64,000 nt of DNA from Ignavibacteriota bacterium (GTDB lineage Bacteria > Bacteroidota > Ignavibacteria > Kapaibacteriales > UBA2268). The stretch covers positions 26,162 to 90,161 of the forward strand of contig JAGXGG010000064.1 of the NCBI GenBank assembly GCA_024636855.1. Reading direction: 5' to 3'. Positions 19,456-29,095 of the stretch are shown here, piece by piece. The position numbers and the translations under genes are program-made. The stretch's first letter is position 1; each line of letters begins with the position of its first letter. Below the pieces are notes generated by a model. The model was not told where the DNA came from. It saw only the letters and a list, made by a program, of their open reading frames with translations, and did not search any database.

Positions 19456-20406
19456 CTAATTAAGTATTAGCTTTGTCAATATCGAAGTTTTACCGCTGAT
19501 TACTTTTACTATATATAAACCCTTTATAAGATGAGATATATCCATTCTATTATTATTTGATACAAATACAGTTTCGCCTAGTAAATTGAATATTTCAGTT
19601 TTGTTCCTATTAGAAAATATATTTACATTCAATATTCCCTCATTTGGATTTAGGTATAATAACTCACCACTATCTTTTGTTTCAACTTTTGTAGTTGTTT
19701 GATTAATGAAATCAATACATTCTTGCATTTCATCAGTAAATCCTGGGAAGGTAACTGTATGTCCTATTCCGGGCATAGAATTAAAATATGTAATTCCCCC
19801 ATTTGCCTTTAGTTGGTTGTATAGTGTTTGATTACGAGTATAATTACCGTCAATAGTACCTGAGCAAAAACAAGTAGATTTCTTAGATTCTAGGTTATAT
19901 TTATTATCATATTCAGGAGGTAAATAAGCATTAAAAGGAATCAGACCTTTAAAATCATACAAATTGTTTAGTCCATGAAACAAAGTCATAGCACCATTAC
20001 AAGAAAAGCCTGTCAGATAAACAGATTTCTTATCTATATTGTATTTAGTCGATAAGAATTCGATTGCTGCTGGTATAACCTTTCCTCTATCATCTATCAT
20101 CATCTTGTTTAATTGTGATCCATCATCTAGAGCATTGATACATAGCAGTATAATTCCATTATTCTCAGCTACCTCCGAAAGAGCCTCTCTATAGCTATAT
20201 GCATCTTGACCACAACCATGAAGTCCTATCAGCAATTCAAAATTATAATCTTGGGAGTAATTTGTAGGCAAATAAACTGCTAGCTCCCTCTCTATATTAT
20301 TATATTCGAAAGTCAAATCTATATCCTCACCTATTGCTATATAAGGTAAGAATAGTAAAAAAAACATATTCAAAAGTTTCATTAGTATCTCTTGTTTAAT
20401 ATTCAA
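19456..20406 (-). CDS. Esterase / PHB-depolymerase-like alpha/beta hydrolase with T9SS C-terminal sorting domain
   Basis: GLHGCGQDAY and TGFSCNGAMT (nucleophile elbow-like) segments. C-terminus LYLNPNEGILNVNI...GLYIVKVISGKTSILTKLILN is a T9SS CTD. Confidence 0.6.
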   Translation of the reverse strand: MNIKQEILMKLLNMFFLLFLPYIAIGEDIDLTFEYNNIERELAVYLPTNYSQDYNFELLIGLHGCGQDAYSYREALSEVAENNGIILLCINALDDGSQLNKMMIDDRGKVIPAAIEFLSTKYNIDKKSVYLTGFSCNGAMTLFHGLNNLYDFKGLIPFNAYLPPEYDNKYNLESKKSTCFCSGTIDGNYTRNQTLYNQLKANGGITYFNSMPGIGHTVTFPGFTDEMQECIDFINQTTTKVETKDSGELLYLNPNEGILNVNIFSNRNKTEIFNLLGETVFVSNNNRMDISHLIKGLYIVKVISGKTSILTKLILN

Positions 20407-20513
20407 ATAAACAATAATTTAATATAAGAAATATTTGCACCATGAATATGTTTTTTTTCATTTTGATAAATCGAATCGTTATATTGTTATATAACTGACA
20501 TTAATAACAAAAA

Positions 20514-21356
20514 ATGAATAATAAGAATATAAGTATTACAAAAATGTCCGGTGAGAAAGATGAGTTCGATGAATCAAAACTAAAAAGTTCATTAGAAAGG
20601 TCTGGAGCATCCGACGAAACAATTTTCTATATAACTAGAAACATTAAGAATATACTATTTGATGGTATTAGCACTAAAGAAATATATAAGAAGGCATTCC
20701 AGTTATTAAGAAAATCTTCTCGACCTACCGCAGCCAAATATAAACTTAAAAAAGCGATATTAGAACTAGGTCCAACTGGTTATCCATTCGAAAGATTCAT
20801 AGGTGAAGTACTGAAATATCAAGGATTTGATGTAGAAGTAGGAATAATAGTCAAAGGACACTGTGTTAATCACGAAATAGACGTCATTGCTATAAAAGAT
20901 AACAAACACTATATAATTGAATGCAAGTTCCATAGTGATCAAGCTAGAAAATGCGATGTCAAAATTCCACTTTACATAAAATCTAGATTCGATGATGTAG
21001 AAAAAGAAAGAAGAAAAAAGCCAGAGAATAACGGAAAAATTCACAAAGGATGGATTTTTACGAATACACGATTTACTACAGATGCTTTTCAATATGGAAA
21101 CTGTTCTGGATTAGGGTTAGTTAGTTGGGATTCTCCACATGGAAATAGTCTAAAAGAGCAGATAGATAAGGCTGGATTATATCCCATTACTAGTTTGACA
21201 ACATTAAATAGAAAGGAAAAGCAAATGATACTAGAACAAGATATAGTATTGTGTATTACTTTGAATCGTAATCCTGATTTATTAAATAAGGTTGGAATCA
21301 AGCATTCAAAACATAAGTCAATACTAAAAGAATCAAGAGAATTATGCAGGAAATAA
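20514..21356 (+). CDS. ATP-cone domain fused to Mrr-type restriction-endonuclease-like (PD-(D/E)xK) domain
   Basis: N-terminus ITKMSGEKDEFDESKLKSSLERSGAS...YKLKK fits the ATP-cone consensus (vIKRdG..E.Fd..KI..si..a). The central GYPFERFIGEVLKYQGFDVEV...HEIDVIAIKDNKHYIIECKFH fits the Mrr_cat D...E.K core. Confidence 0.65.
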   Translation: MNNKNISITKMSGEKDEFDESKLKSSLERSGASDETIFYITRNIKNILFDGISTKEIYKKAFQLLRKSSRPTAAKYKLKKAILELGPTGYPFERFIGEVLKYQGFDVEVGIIVKGHCVNHEIDVIAIKDNKHYIIECKFHSDQARKCDVKIPLYIKSRFDDVEKERRKKPENNGKIHKGWIFTNTRFTTDAFQYGNCSGLGLVSWDSPHGNSLKEQIDKAGLYPITSLTTLNRKEKQMILEQDIVLCITLNRNPDLLNKVGIKHSKHKSILKESRELCRK

Positions 21357-21360
21357 TATT

Positions 21361-22740
21361 ATGAATTCAGAATTGAAAATACACTTTTTAGGTGCAGCTG
21401 GGACAGTAACTGGCTCTAAATATTTAGTTGATACTGGAGAAAGAAAAATACTCATTGACTGTGGTATGTTCCAAGGGCTTAAAAAATTAAGATTACTCAA
21501 TTGGAATTATCCACCTGTTAAGGTATCAGAAATTGACGTTATATTATTAACTCATGGTCATGCTGATCATACTGCATTTCTGCCTAGATTAGTCAATATG
21601 GGATTCAATGGACATATCAGAGGAACAGATCCAACACTAGATATTGCTTCGATAATAATTAGAGATAGTGCTAAAATACAAGAAGAAGAAGCTGAAAGAG
21701 CCAATAGAGAGGGTTACTCAAAACATGAAATAGCAGAGCCACTATACAATATGATAGATGCAGAGAATGCGATTTCGAGGTTCAAATCATTGGAAGAAGG
21801 TGTTTGGATAGAATTATATCCAGAAATAAAAGTTCGTTTCCAATATAATGGACATATACTTGGTTCAACTTTCATAGAACTTGAAGTTAGAGGTGAAGTT
21901 ATTGTGTTTTCAGGTGATGTAGGTAGAAAAAGTGATTTGCTTCTTAGAGAGCCCAAAAAACCAAAGAAAGCAGACTATCTACTAATAGAATCTACTTATG
22001 GAGGTAAAATACATGATAATCTTGATTTAGAAACTGAATTAAGTAAACTGATACATCACACTTACGAAAAGAATGGAACTTTAATAATTCCTAGTTTTGC
22101 TGTAGAAAGAGCACAAACACTGATGTACATACTATGGAAATTGAAAGAAAAGGGGAAAATCCCAATTATACCTATGATAATGGATAGTCCTATGGGTAAT
22201 AATGTACTTGAAGTATTCAAAAATCATAAGGCCTGGCACAAGATGAGTCCTGATGACAGTAGGCGAATGTGTAACTCATTCACTATTGTAAAGGATTTCA
22301 GGGAAACTCTAAATATAATAGATGATAGACAACCCAAAATAGTAATAGCAGGTAGTGGTATGGTAACTGGTGGCAGAGTCTTGAACTATTTGACTGAATA
22401 TATAGAAGATCCATCTACTACAGTGATGTTAGCTGGATTCCAAGCAGAAGGTACAAGAGGCAGACAATTATTAGAAGGTGCCGCAGAAGTAAAAATCTAT
22501 GGAAAGTATTACAATGTAAATGCTGATATTTATAATCTAACTACACTATCTGCACATGCTGATCAGTCTGAACTAATAGATTGGTTAAGTGATTTGGAAT
22601 CTAGTCCAAAAAAAGTATTTATAGTACATGGTGAGCCACATTCGGCTGATGCTTTTAGAGTTAAACTAAAAGATACTTTCGGTTGGGATTGTATTTTACC
22701 AGAACTTTATGAGATGTTCGAACTAAACAATAATGAGTAA
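21361..22740 (+). CDS. beta-CASP family metallo-beta-lactamase-fold nuclease (RNase J/CPSF-like)
   Basis: ILLTHGHADHTAF (HxHxDH), an ESTYGG-like segment and the C-terminal TLSAHADQSEL beta-CASP motif C. Begins 5 nt after the previous gene. Confidence 0.85.
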   Translation: MNSELKIHFLGAAGTVTGSKYLVDTGERKILIDCGMFQGLKKLRLLNWNYPPVKVSEIDVILLTHGHADHTAFLPRLVNMGFNGHIRGTDPTLDIASIIIRDSAKIQEEEAERANREGYSKHEIAEPLYNMIDAENAISRFKSLEEGVWIELYPEIKVRFQYNGHILGSTFIELEVRGEVIVFSGDVGRKSDLLLREPKKPKKADYLLIESTYGGKIHDNLDLETELSKLIHHTYEKNGTLIIPSFAVERAQTLMYILWKLKEKGKIPIIPMIMDSPMGNNVLEVFKNHKAWHKMSPDDSRRMCNSFTIVKDFRETLNIIDDRQPKIVIAGSGMVTGGRVLNYLTEYIEDPSTTVMLAGFQAEGTRGRQLLEGAAEVKIYGKYYNVNADIYNLTTLSAHADQSELIDWLSDLESSPKKVFIVHGEPHSADAFRVKLKDTFGWDCILPELYEMFELNNNE

Positions 22741-24031
22741 TAATATGTCTTCCAGAAGAGGGTTTGTAAAAAATATGGCAGCAATATTAGGAACAGCTTC
22801 ACTACATACAATGATAGAATCAGCTGTAAGTAATGGGCTAAAAGCAGCATCACTTGACAATCTAGCAATGGATAATGAAAAAAGTGCAAGCGACGAGATA
22901 TTTTGGAATTGGGTTAGAGACTCATATACTGTATCTAGGAATATATTGAACTTAAACAACGGTGGAGTGAGTCCTCAACCTAAGATTACCCAAGATGCTC
23001 AAGAAAAGTATAACAGAATGTCTAACGAAGCACCATCATACTATATGTGGCGAATAATAGATGCTGGAAGAGAGCCGCTCCGAGAGAATTTAGCGCAATT
23101 AGCTGGTTGCTCACCAGAAGAGATTGCAATTAATAGGAACAGTACTGAGGGATTGAATACTATTATCTTTGGCTTAAATCTACAAAAAGGTGATGAGATA
23201 GTCATGTCCAATTTTGACTATCCAAATATGAGAAATGCATGGAATCAAAGAGAAAAGAGAGATGGCGTTATACTTAAGAAAGCTATTTTACCTCTGCCAA
23301 TGGATGATGACGAAAAAATAGTGAAGCTCTACACTGATTTATTTACTGAAAAAACTAGAATTGTTCATCTAACACACATAATAAATTGGACAGGCCAGAT
23401 AATCCCCGTAAGAAAGATTGCAGATGAAGCACATAAAAGAGGTATAGAAGTAATAGTAGATGGAGCCCATTCATTTGCACATCTAGATTACAAAATACCT
23501 GAGTTAGGTGCTGATTACTTTGGTACTAGTCTTCATAAATGGCTTTGCGCACCTTTTGGTAGTGGTCTTTTGTATATTAAAAAAGAAAAAATAAAGAATA
23601 TATGGGCACTTCTATCTTCTGATGACCCCGATGGTGATAATATCCGAAAATTTGAATCTTTAGGTACTAGAAGTTTTGCTAAAGAAATGGCAATAGGATA
23701 CTCACTTGATTTTCATAACATGATAACTACAAAAAGAAAGCATGATAGATTGCAATACTTAAAGAATTATTGGACATCGAGAGTTCTTAAAAACCCTAAA
23801 GTTTATATGAATACCTCAATGGATCCTAAATACTCTTGTGCGTTGGTTAATTTTGGGATTAAGGGTATGACAGGTAGTGAAATTGACCAACAACTTTTTA
23901 GTAAATACAAAATACATACAGTTGCTATAAAACATGAACATATAGACGGTGTTCGAGTTACCCCTAATATATATACAAGTGAAGATGATTTAGATAGATT
24001 AGTTATTGCAATAAACGAAATTGCAGGTTAA
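22733..24031 (+). CDS. Class V (cysteine desulfurase/isopenicillin-N epimerase-like) PLP-dependent aminotransferase with Tat signal peptide
   Basis: N-terminal SSRRGFVKNMAAILGTASL twin-arginine motif. PLP-lysine context SLHKWLCAPFG. Overlaps the previous gene by 8 nt. Confidence 0.75.
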   Translation: MSNNMSSRRGFVKNMAAILGTASLHTMIESAVSNGLKAASLDNLAMDNEKSASDEIFWNWVRDSYTVSRNILNLNNGGVSPQPKITQDAQEKYNRMSNEAPSYYMWRIIDAGREPLRENLAQLAGCSPEEIAINRNSTEGLNTIIFGLNLQKGDEIVMSNFDYPNMRNAWNQREKRDGVILKKAILPLPMDDDEKIVKLYTDLFTEKTRIVHLTHIINWTGQIIPVRKIADEAHKRGIEVIVDGAHSFAHLDYKIPELGADYFGTSLHKWLCAPFGSGLLYIKKEKIKNIWALLSSDDPDGDNIRKFESLGTRSFAKEMAIGYSLDFHNMITTKRKHDRLQYLKNYWTSRVLKNPKVYMNTSMDPKYSCALVNFGIKGMTGSEIDQQLFSKYKIHTVAIKHEHIDGVRVTPNIYTSEDDLDRLVIAINEIAG

Positions 24032-24217
24032 GTAATAATACTTAATTTAAAAAGTTTAACTATTTTAGTGATTTTTAGTAAAGATATATTCATAAATTGT
24101 GTATATTAATGTTGAATTTTTCTAAAAGTTCACAAAACTTTAACAAAAATAGTCAATTATACGTGCTTTTCTTTATATTGATTAAATAGAATGGCACAAA
24201 AATTGTGAAAGTAACAT

Positions 24218-25063
24218 ATGAAGAAAATTAAAATAGAAGATACTCTGTCCCTCAAAAATGATGGGAAATTAGAAATTGTATTTATAGGTTCTGGGACAGC
24301 TTTCTCGGAAACTTTGGGTAACAATAATATTATAATAATCAAGGGTGACACTCATATATTAGTGGACTTTGGGCTTACTGCTCCTTTTGCACTAAAACCA
24401 GTTACTGGATTAGACATTCTAGATTTAGAAAATATATTACCTACACATAGTCATTCTGACCATATAGGTGGTTTGGAGTATTTGACACTTAAGAATAGAT
24501 ATTTTGGTCAACCGAAAGGAAAGCCAAGATTAACTATGATTATACCAGATGAATATAAAACTGTATTATGGGATGAATCTTTGAAAGGTGGTCTTAGGTA
24601 CAATGAACTAGGTAAAAACGAAGGCGAAATGACATTCGAAAGTTATTTTGATTATGTAACCCCTGATGTAACAAACGAAAATGGAAGAATAAAACATCAT
24701 ATCAATTTCAAAGGAATTGATCTTGAATTTTTCCATACTAATCATATACCTGGTCAAGCAGTAAGGACTGAAGACGCATTTATAACTTATGGGCTACTTA
24801 TTGATGGGAAAGTATTCTTCTCAGGTGATACTAAGTTCGATAAGGAATTGCTAGATGAATACGCGAGTAAGTCTGATTATCTTTTCCACGATTGTTCTTT
24901 CTTTCCAAACCCAGTTCATGCTGATATTGAATCACTTAGAACTTTGCCTGAAGAGTTAAGAAAGAAAATAGTACTAATGCATTACGGTGATGATTACGAA
25001 AATCATGACTATAGCGATTTTCACAGTTTGGCTGTACCTGGCGTTAGATATATATTCGATTAA
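24218..25063 (+). CDS. MBL-fold metallo-hydrolase
   Basis: ILPTHSHSDHIGG (HxHxDH) and downstream His/Asp ligands (HTNH, GD). Confidence 0.75.
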   Translation: MKKIKIEDTLSLKNDGKLEIVFIGSGTAFSETLGNNNIIIIKGDTHILVDFGLTAPFALKPVTGLDILDLENILPTHSHSDHIGGLEYLTLKNRYFGQPKGKPRLTMIIPDEYKTVLWDESLKGGLRYNELGKNEGEMTFESYFDYVTPDVTNENGRIKHHINFKGIDLEFFHTNHIPGQAVRTEDAFITYGLLIDGKVFFSGDTKFDKELLDEYASKSDYLFHDCSFFPNPVHADIESLRTLPEELRKKIVLMHYGDDYENHDYSDFHSLAVPGVRYIFD

Positions 25064-25710
25064 TTATCGGCTACTAATTTTTTAATCAAATCTTCACTGA
25101 ATACATCATTAAGCTCTTTTTTGATGTTTTCATTCTTTTTTAGGAATTCAGTTAGTATATCTTTATCCCATACTACCATTTCAGTTTCTTCTAATGTATC
25201 ACAATTTGCAGTAGTAGTTTCACCGGACATGAAACTCATCTCCCCTACAAATCTACCATCTTTAAGATAAGCTAACACATTATCATTTCTAGTTATCTGA
25301 ACTAGTCCTCTTGTTATAAGCATTAGTTCATTTATATAGGTTTTTTCTTTTATTAGGGAAGTGTTCTCGGGGACAGTTTTTATTGTACCGAGTCTAATTA
25401 ATTTTTTAAAGTGGATGGGATTCATTTTACTAAAGGTGAATTCAAGCATTTTCTTTTCGTGTTCACCTAAGTTGAGCGTTAGCTTCTCGTAGTAGAGAAC
25501 GGATACCCACCAAATGTTCGTGGCAATGAAAACAACTGACCAAATAATATCAGTCCAAAGCGGCGAATCAGTTATATTCCAATAATAATAAATCTCCATT
25601 ATAGAGGCGAGCACTAATGTACTTCTAAGCCATATCATTTTTTTAAATGAAGCTGCTACAACATATAGTATGTTGAACAAGTGACCTATTAAATCTAATA
25701 TTGAAATCAA
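25060..25710 (-). CDS. Membrane protein with C-terminal cyclic-nucleotide-binding (cNMP) domain
   Basis: Two or three N-terminal TM helices followed by GRFVGEMSFMSGETTTANCDTLEETEMVVW, a cNMP-binding phosphate-binding cassette-like segment. Confidence 0.6.
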   Translation of the reverse strand: MISILDLIGHLFNILYVVAASFKKMIWLRSTLVLASIMEIYYYWNITDSPLWTDIIWSVVFIATNIWWVSVLYYEKLTLNLGEHEKKMLEFTFSKMNPIHFKKLIRLGTIKTVPENTSLIKEKTYINELMLITRGLVQITRNDNVLAYLKDGRFVGEMSFMSGETTTANCDTLEETEMVVWDKDILTEFLKKNENIKKELNDVFSEDLIKKLVADN

Positions 25711-25970
25711 GTTAAATCCATTGTTTGAGCTAATTATTAGCTTCCAATATAATTAATATTTGCTAATTAAAATAGAAATATTAATATCACTTGAATAAAA
25801 GTGGACAAATTGTAAATGTTAATATCTCAGTTTTTTTAGCAACAATAATCACAAAAAAAATACATTTTAATATAACCTATTTAAAATTCAAGCGTATTAT
25901 AGTCATATTCATTTTAAGCCCAGAGCAAAACCTCAATTAGCCCTCCAAAGCAAATAAGGTTTTGCTTTTT

Positions 25971-28900
25971 TTATTTCTGTATCACTATTGGTAAAGTTAC
26001 TACCGATTCATTATTAGAATAAATCCTAATAAAATATGTCCCTGATACAACTCCTGTTATATCTATATCAAATGTTGTATTATTAGCAATGTGAGTAGGA
26101 GTAAATAATTGCATTACTTTCATACCTGTAGCATCATACATTTCTGCTGATAATTGTCCTGCATTATTAGGGTCTAATGACTCTACTACTAACTGACCTT
26201 CGCTCTTAATAGGATTTGGTGCTATACTAAAATGATAAGTTCTATTGCCATTCTCCCACATATCAACGTTTGAAGTTGTAATACCAGTACCAGTCATCTT
26301 TTTCTCAAATCTAGGTTCATTCACTGCATCACTATTTATAATAAGATTTGCCGTAGAGAAATCTTCTGTCTTTGGTGAAAATGTAAGAGTAAGATCATAC
26401 TCATCTGCAATTCTTAAAGGAAAATTATTAGCTGAATGTGTAAACTCACCTTCAGGATCTATTTCAATTGAGTTAACCAATAATTCCCCCTCACCTTCAT
26501 TTGATATTTTCAGCACTTTCTCCTTACTACCATTTACAGGAGCATCACCAAAAACTATAACAAAACCCGCATTCGTTTTTAAAATTGAATTAGGTCCATC
26601 GCATATGCCAACTAAATCAATCGATGAAAGAGTGTCTTTATTATATGCGTTTGATACTATATTGATTTTAGCATTGTATATATCTTTTTGTTTAGGTGTA
26701 AAGTCGATATTCACAAATGTTTTTTCTTTTGATTTCAATGTTATTGGAGTTGATTCTGTAATTTCAAAAGCTTCTTCGCTACCTACTAATTGGATAGAAG
26801 ATATTTCTAGATCTTCCTCTCCTGTATTTGTAAACTCAGCTACAAAATTTCTAGTACTATCTACCCATACGCCCTCAAATTTTATTTGAGTAGAGTTCAC
26901 ACTTAATACTGGTTTAGGTTCAAACCCTTCTGCATAGATATTAGTTGATAATACTGGAACATTATCAGAGTTATTAAATACTCTTATCTTAGTCGAGTAC
27001 TCAGTTCTTATAGATGGAGTAAAACTAATGGGTAAGTTTAATATAGAATCTTTACAACATATTGTAAGTGGTAAAATCGAATCATCAAATGTAAACTCTG
27101 AATCCCCTTCTAACTCAATTTTAGTAATAGTTATCGGAGAATCATTTTCCATAGATAGGTTCACTAACTCAAGATTTTTAGTAGTTGTCTTGTTTACATC
27201 TCCCCTTCCAAAATTATAATTCCCATACCCCAAAGTAGTTATTAACTTAGATTCAGCATTCTGCATATCTACATAGTCTACATTATCACCGATCTTAACT
27301 AACGTATTAACAGGTACTGTGTAAATTACGACTCTATCTTGGTCCTTATTAGGATATATAACAACTATTGAATCTATTGAAGTTTGTTGGCCTATGCCAA
27401 AAGTCTTTGTGAATGGTTGCATACCAGCGAAGTGACCTAGTCCAGATTGTATTTCTTGCTTCTGTGTAGATGCTCCTGAATATACAAATATCTTAGCGCC
27501 TATGTAAGCCGCATTAGCATTTTTAATAGTTGAGTTTTTATCTAACTTCACTTGAACAAAATTATTTTCTTCAGCTTTCTTGTTTTCTACTAATTCGATT
27601 GCATTATAAGTAATATTCTTAGGTTCTCCGTTTTCCATTATTGTTTCTCGAACAATTCGAGAAAGAAATAAATCTTGGTCACCATCCATATCAAAATCAG
27701 CTGGCTCCATTGAGTGTGCCTCTTTTAATGTATCAAGTTTGGTTACACTTGGCAAAACCTCGTTAAAATTACCTAATTCATCTTGAAGTAGTAAATATAA
27801 TCTCTCTTGACCATATATATTAGCACTAGGATAAGAGTTTTGTCCTAAAGCTATATCTTGCAAACCGTCATTATCAAAGTCGAACCAAGTTCCTCCTTGA
27901 TCACCAAGGTGAGATTCCATAGGTGCTGCTCTTTTTATTCTATTCAACTCCCAATCTAATTTGAAACCATTTTCTTGTCCGGAATTAACGGTGATAGTAG
28001 TTCTACCTTCACCGGGATTATAACCGCCATGTACTTTTACTTCTAGTATATCCATATCACCATCGTTATCAAAATCAGCAGTATTTGCTTCCCACTGGCA
28101 AAGGTTTTGACCATGATCTCCACCTATTCTTTGAGTATTATATCCAGCTTCAAACGAAGCTTCAATAAATTCACCATTTACATTTTTGAAAAATTGTCCC
28201 GAAGTACGGCAATAAGGTGAGTTGATAATATCAGGCCAACCGTCGTTGTTCCAATCTGTGACATTAGTACCATATAGTGGTTCAGTTGCACCCAATTGAA
28301 ATCCTTTTTGGAATGTACCATCGCCATTTCCTTTGAAAAGGAAATTCCCCATATATACATCAGCACCTTCACCATAGTGAGCGAACCAAGTACCAACATA
28401 TAAATCTATGTTACCATCTAAATCATAATCAAGAAATGATAATCCTGTTGTATTTGTCTGTCCCAGTGCCAAACTACTTGCGTAATTAAAATTATCAAGA
28501 CCGTGATTATCAACTAAAGTGAAATGACCGTTTCCATCATTAAGCATGACTTCAGATCTATCACCAGTACTCTTATAGTTTTGTACTCTATGAGTATATA
28601 TACTAGTTACTATATCCAAATCACCATCATTATCTAAATCAGCTAATGCAGCTATATCTACGGTTCTACTTTCATTAGTATCAATCCTACTTACTTGAAG
28701 ACCAGATTCGGCAGTATAATCTTTGAATATTCTTTTCACACTTGAGTTTTGGTCTGGATTTGGAACATTCATCATCAAATATATACTATTAAATAATGCA
28801 CCATTATCTCCCCCCCAAAGTAAATCAGGATAATCGTCACCATTTACATCGGCTAACCACACACGAAAACCTTTGGTCTCAGAGAGTCCAGCTTCGTCTG

Positions 28901-28982
28901 ATATTTCGTTAAACCAAGTTTGGGAAAATGTACTAGAAGTTATGATAAATGCTAAGCAGAGGGTAGAAATAGTTTTATTCAT
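25971..28982 (-). CDS. FG-GAP/VCBS-repeat (CRTAC1/ASPIC-UnbV-like) secreted protein with T9SS C-terminal sorting domain
   Basis: Repeated calcium-binding FG-GAP loops (VNGDDYPDLL, LDNDGDLDIV, DLDGNIDLYVG, FDNDGDMDIL, DFDMDGDQDLF). C-terminus FSIAPNPIKSEGQLVVES...GTYFIRIYSNNESVVTLPIVIQK is a T9SS CTD. Start placed at the internal MNKTIS signal peptide rather than the ORF-track start at 29024. Confidence 0.8.
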   Translation of the reverse strand: MNKTISTLCLAFIITSSTFSQTWFNEISDEAGLSETKGFRVWLADVNGDDYPDLLWGGDNGALFNSIYLMMNVPNPDQNSSVKRIFKDYTAESGLQVSRIDTNESRTVDIAALADLDNDGDLDIVTSIYTHRVQNYKSTGDRSEVMLNDGNGHFTLVDNHGLDNFNYASSLALGQTNTTGLSFLDYDLDGNIDLYVGTWFAHYGEGADVYMGNFLFKGNGDGTFQKGFQLGATEPLYGTNVTDWNNDGWPDIINSPYCRTSGQFFKNVNGEFIEASFEAGYNTQRIGGDHGQNLCQWEANTADFDNDGDMDILEVKVHGGYNPGEGRTTITVNSGQENGFKLDWELNRIKRAAPMESHLGDQGGTWFDFDNDGLQDIALGQNSYPSANIYGQERLYLLLQDELGNFNEVLPSVTKLDTLKEAHSMEPADFDMDGDQDLFLSRIVRETIMENGEPKNITYNAIELVENKKAEENNFVQVKLDKNSTIKNANAAYIGAKIFVYSGASTQKQEIQSGLGHFAGMQPFTKTFGIGQQTSIDSIVVIYPNKDQDRVVIYTVPVNTLVKIGDNVDYVDMQNAESKLITTLGYGNYNFGRGDVNKTTTKNLELVNLSMENDSPITITKIELEGDSEFTFDDSILPLTICCKDSILNLPISFTPSIRTEYSTKIRVFNNSDNVPVLSTNIYAEGFEPKPVLSVNSTQIKFEGVWVDSTRNFVAEFTNTGEEDLEISSIQLVGSEEAFEITESTPITLKSKEKTFVNIDFTPKQKDIYNAKINIVSNAYNKDTLSSIDLVGICDGPNSILKTNAGFVIVFGDAPVNGSKEKVLKISNEGEGELLVNSIEIDPEGEFTHSANNFPLRIADEYDLTLTFSPKTEDFSTANLIINSDAVNEPRFEKKMTGTGITTSNVDMWENGNRTYHFSIAPNPIKSEGQLVVESLDPNNAGQLSAEMYDATGMKVMQLFTPTHIANNTTFDIDITGVVSGTYFIRIYSNNESVVTLPIVIQK

Positions 28983-29095
28983 GATTTTATCTTTTTGATT
29001 GATTTGAATTATGAGAATATACAAAAAGAAAATGAAAAAATACTCTCAGCATTAAGTTTTTTACTATTTATTAGTAATCTTTATCGTAAATTTAA

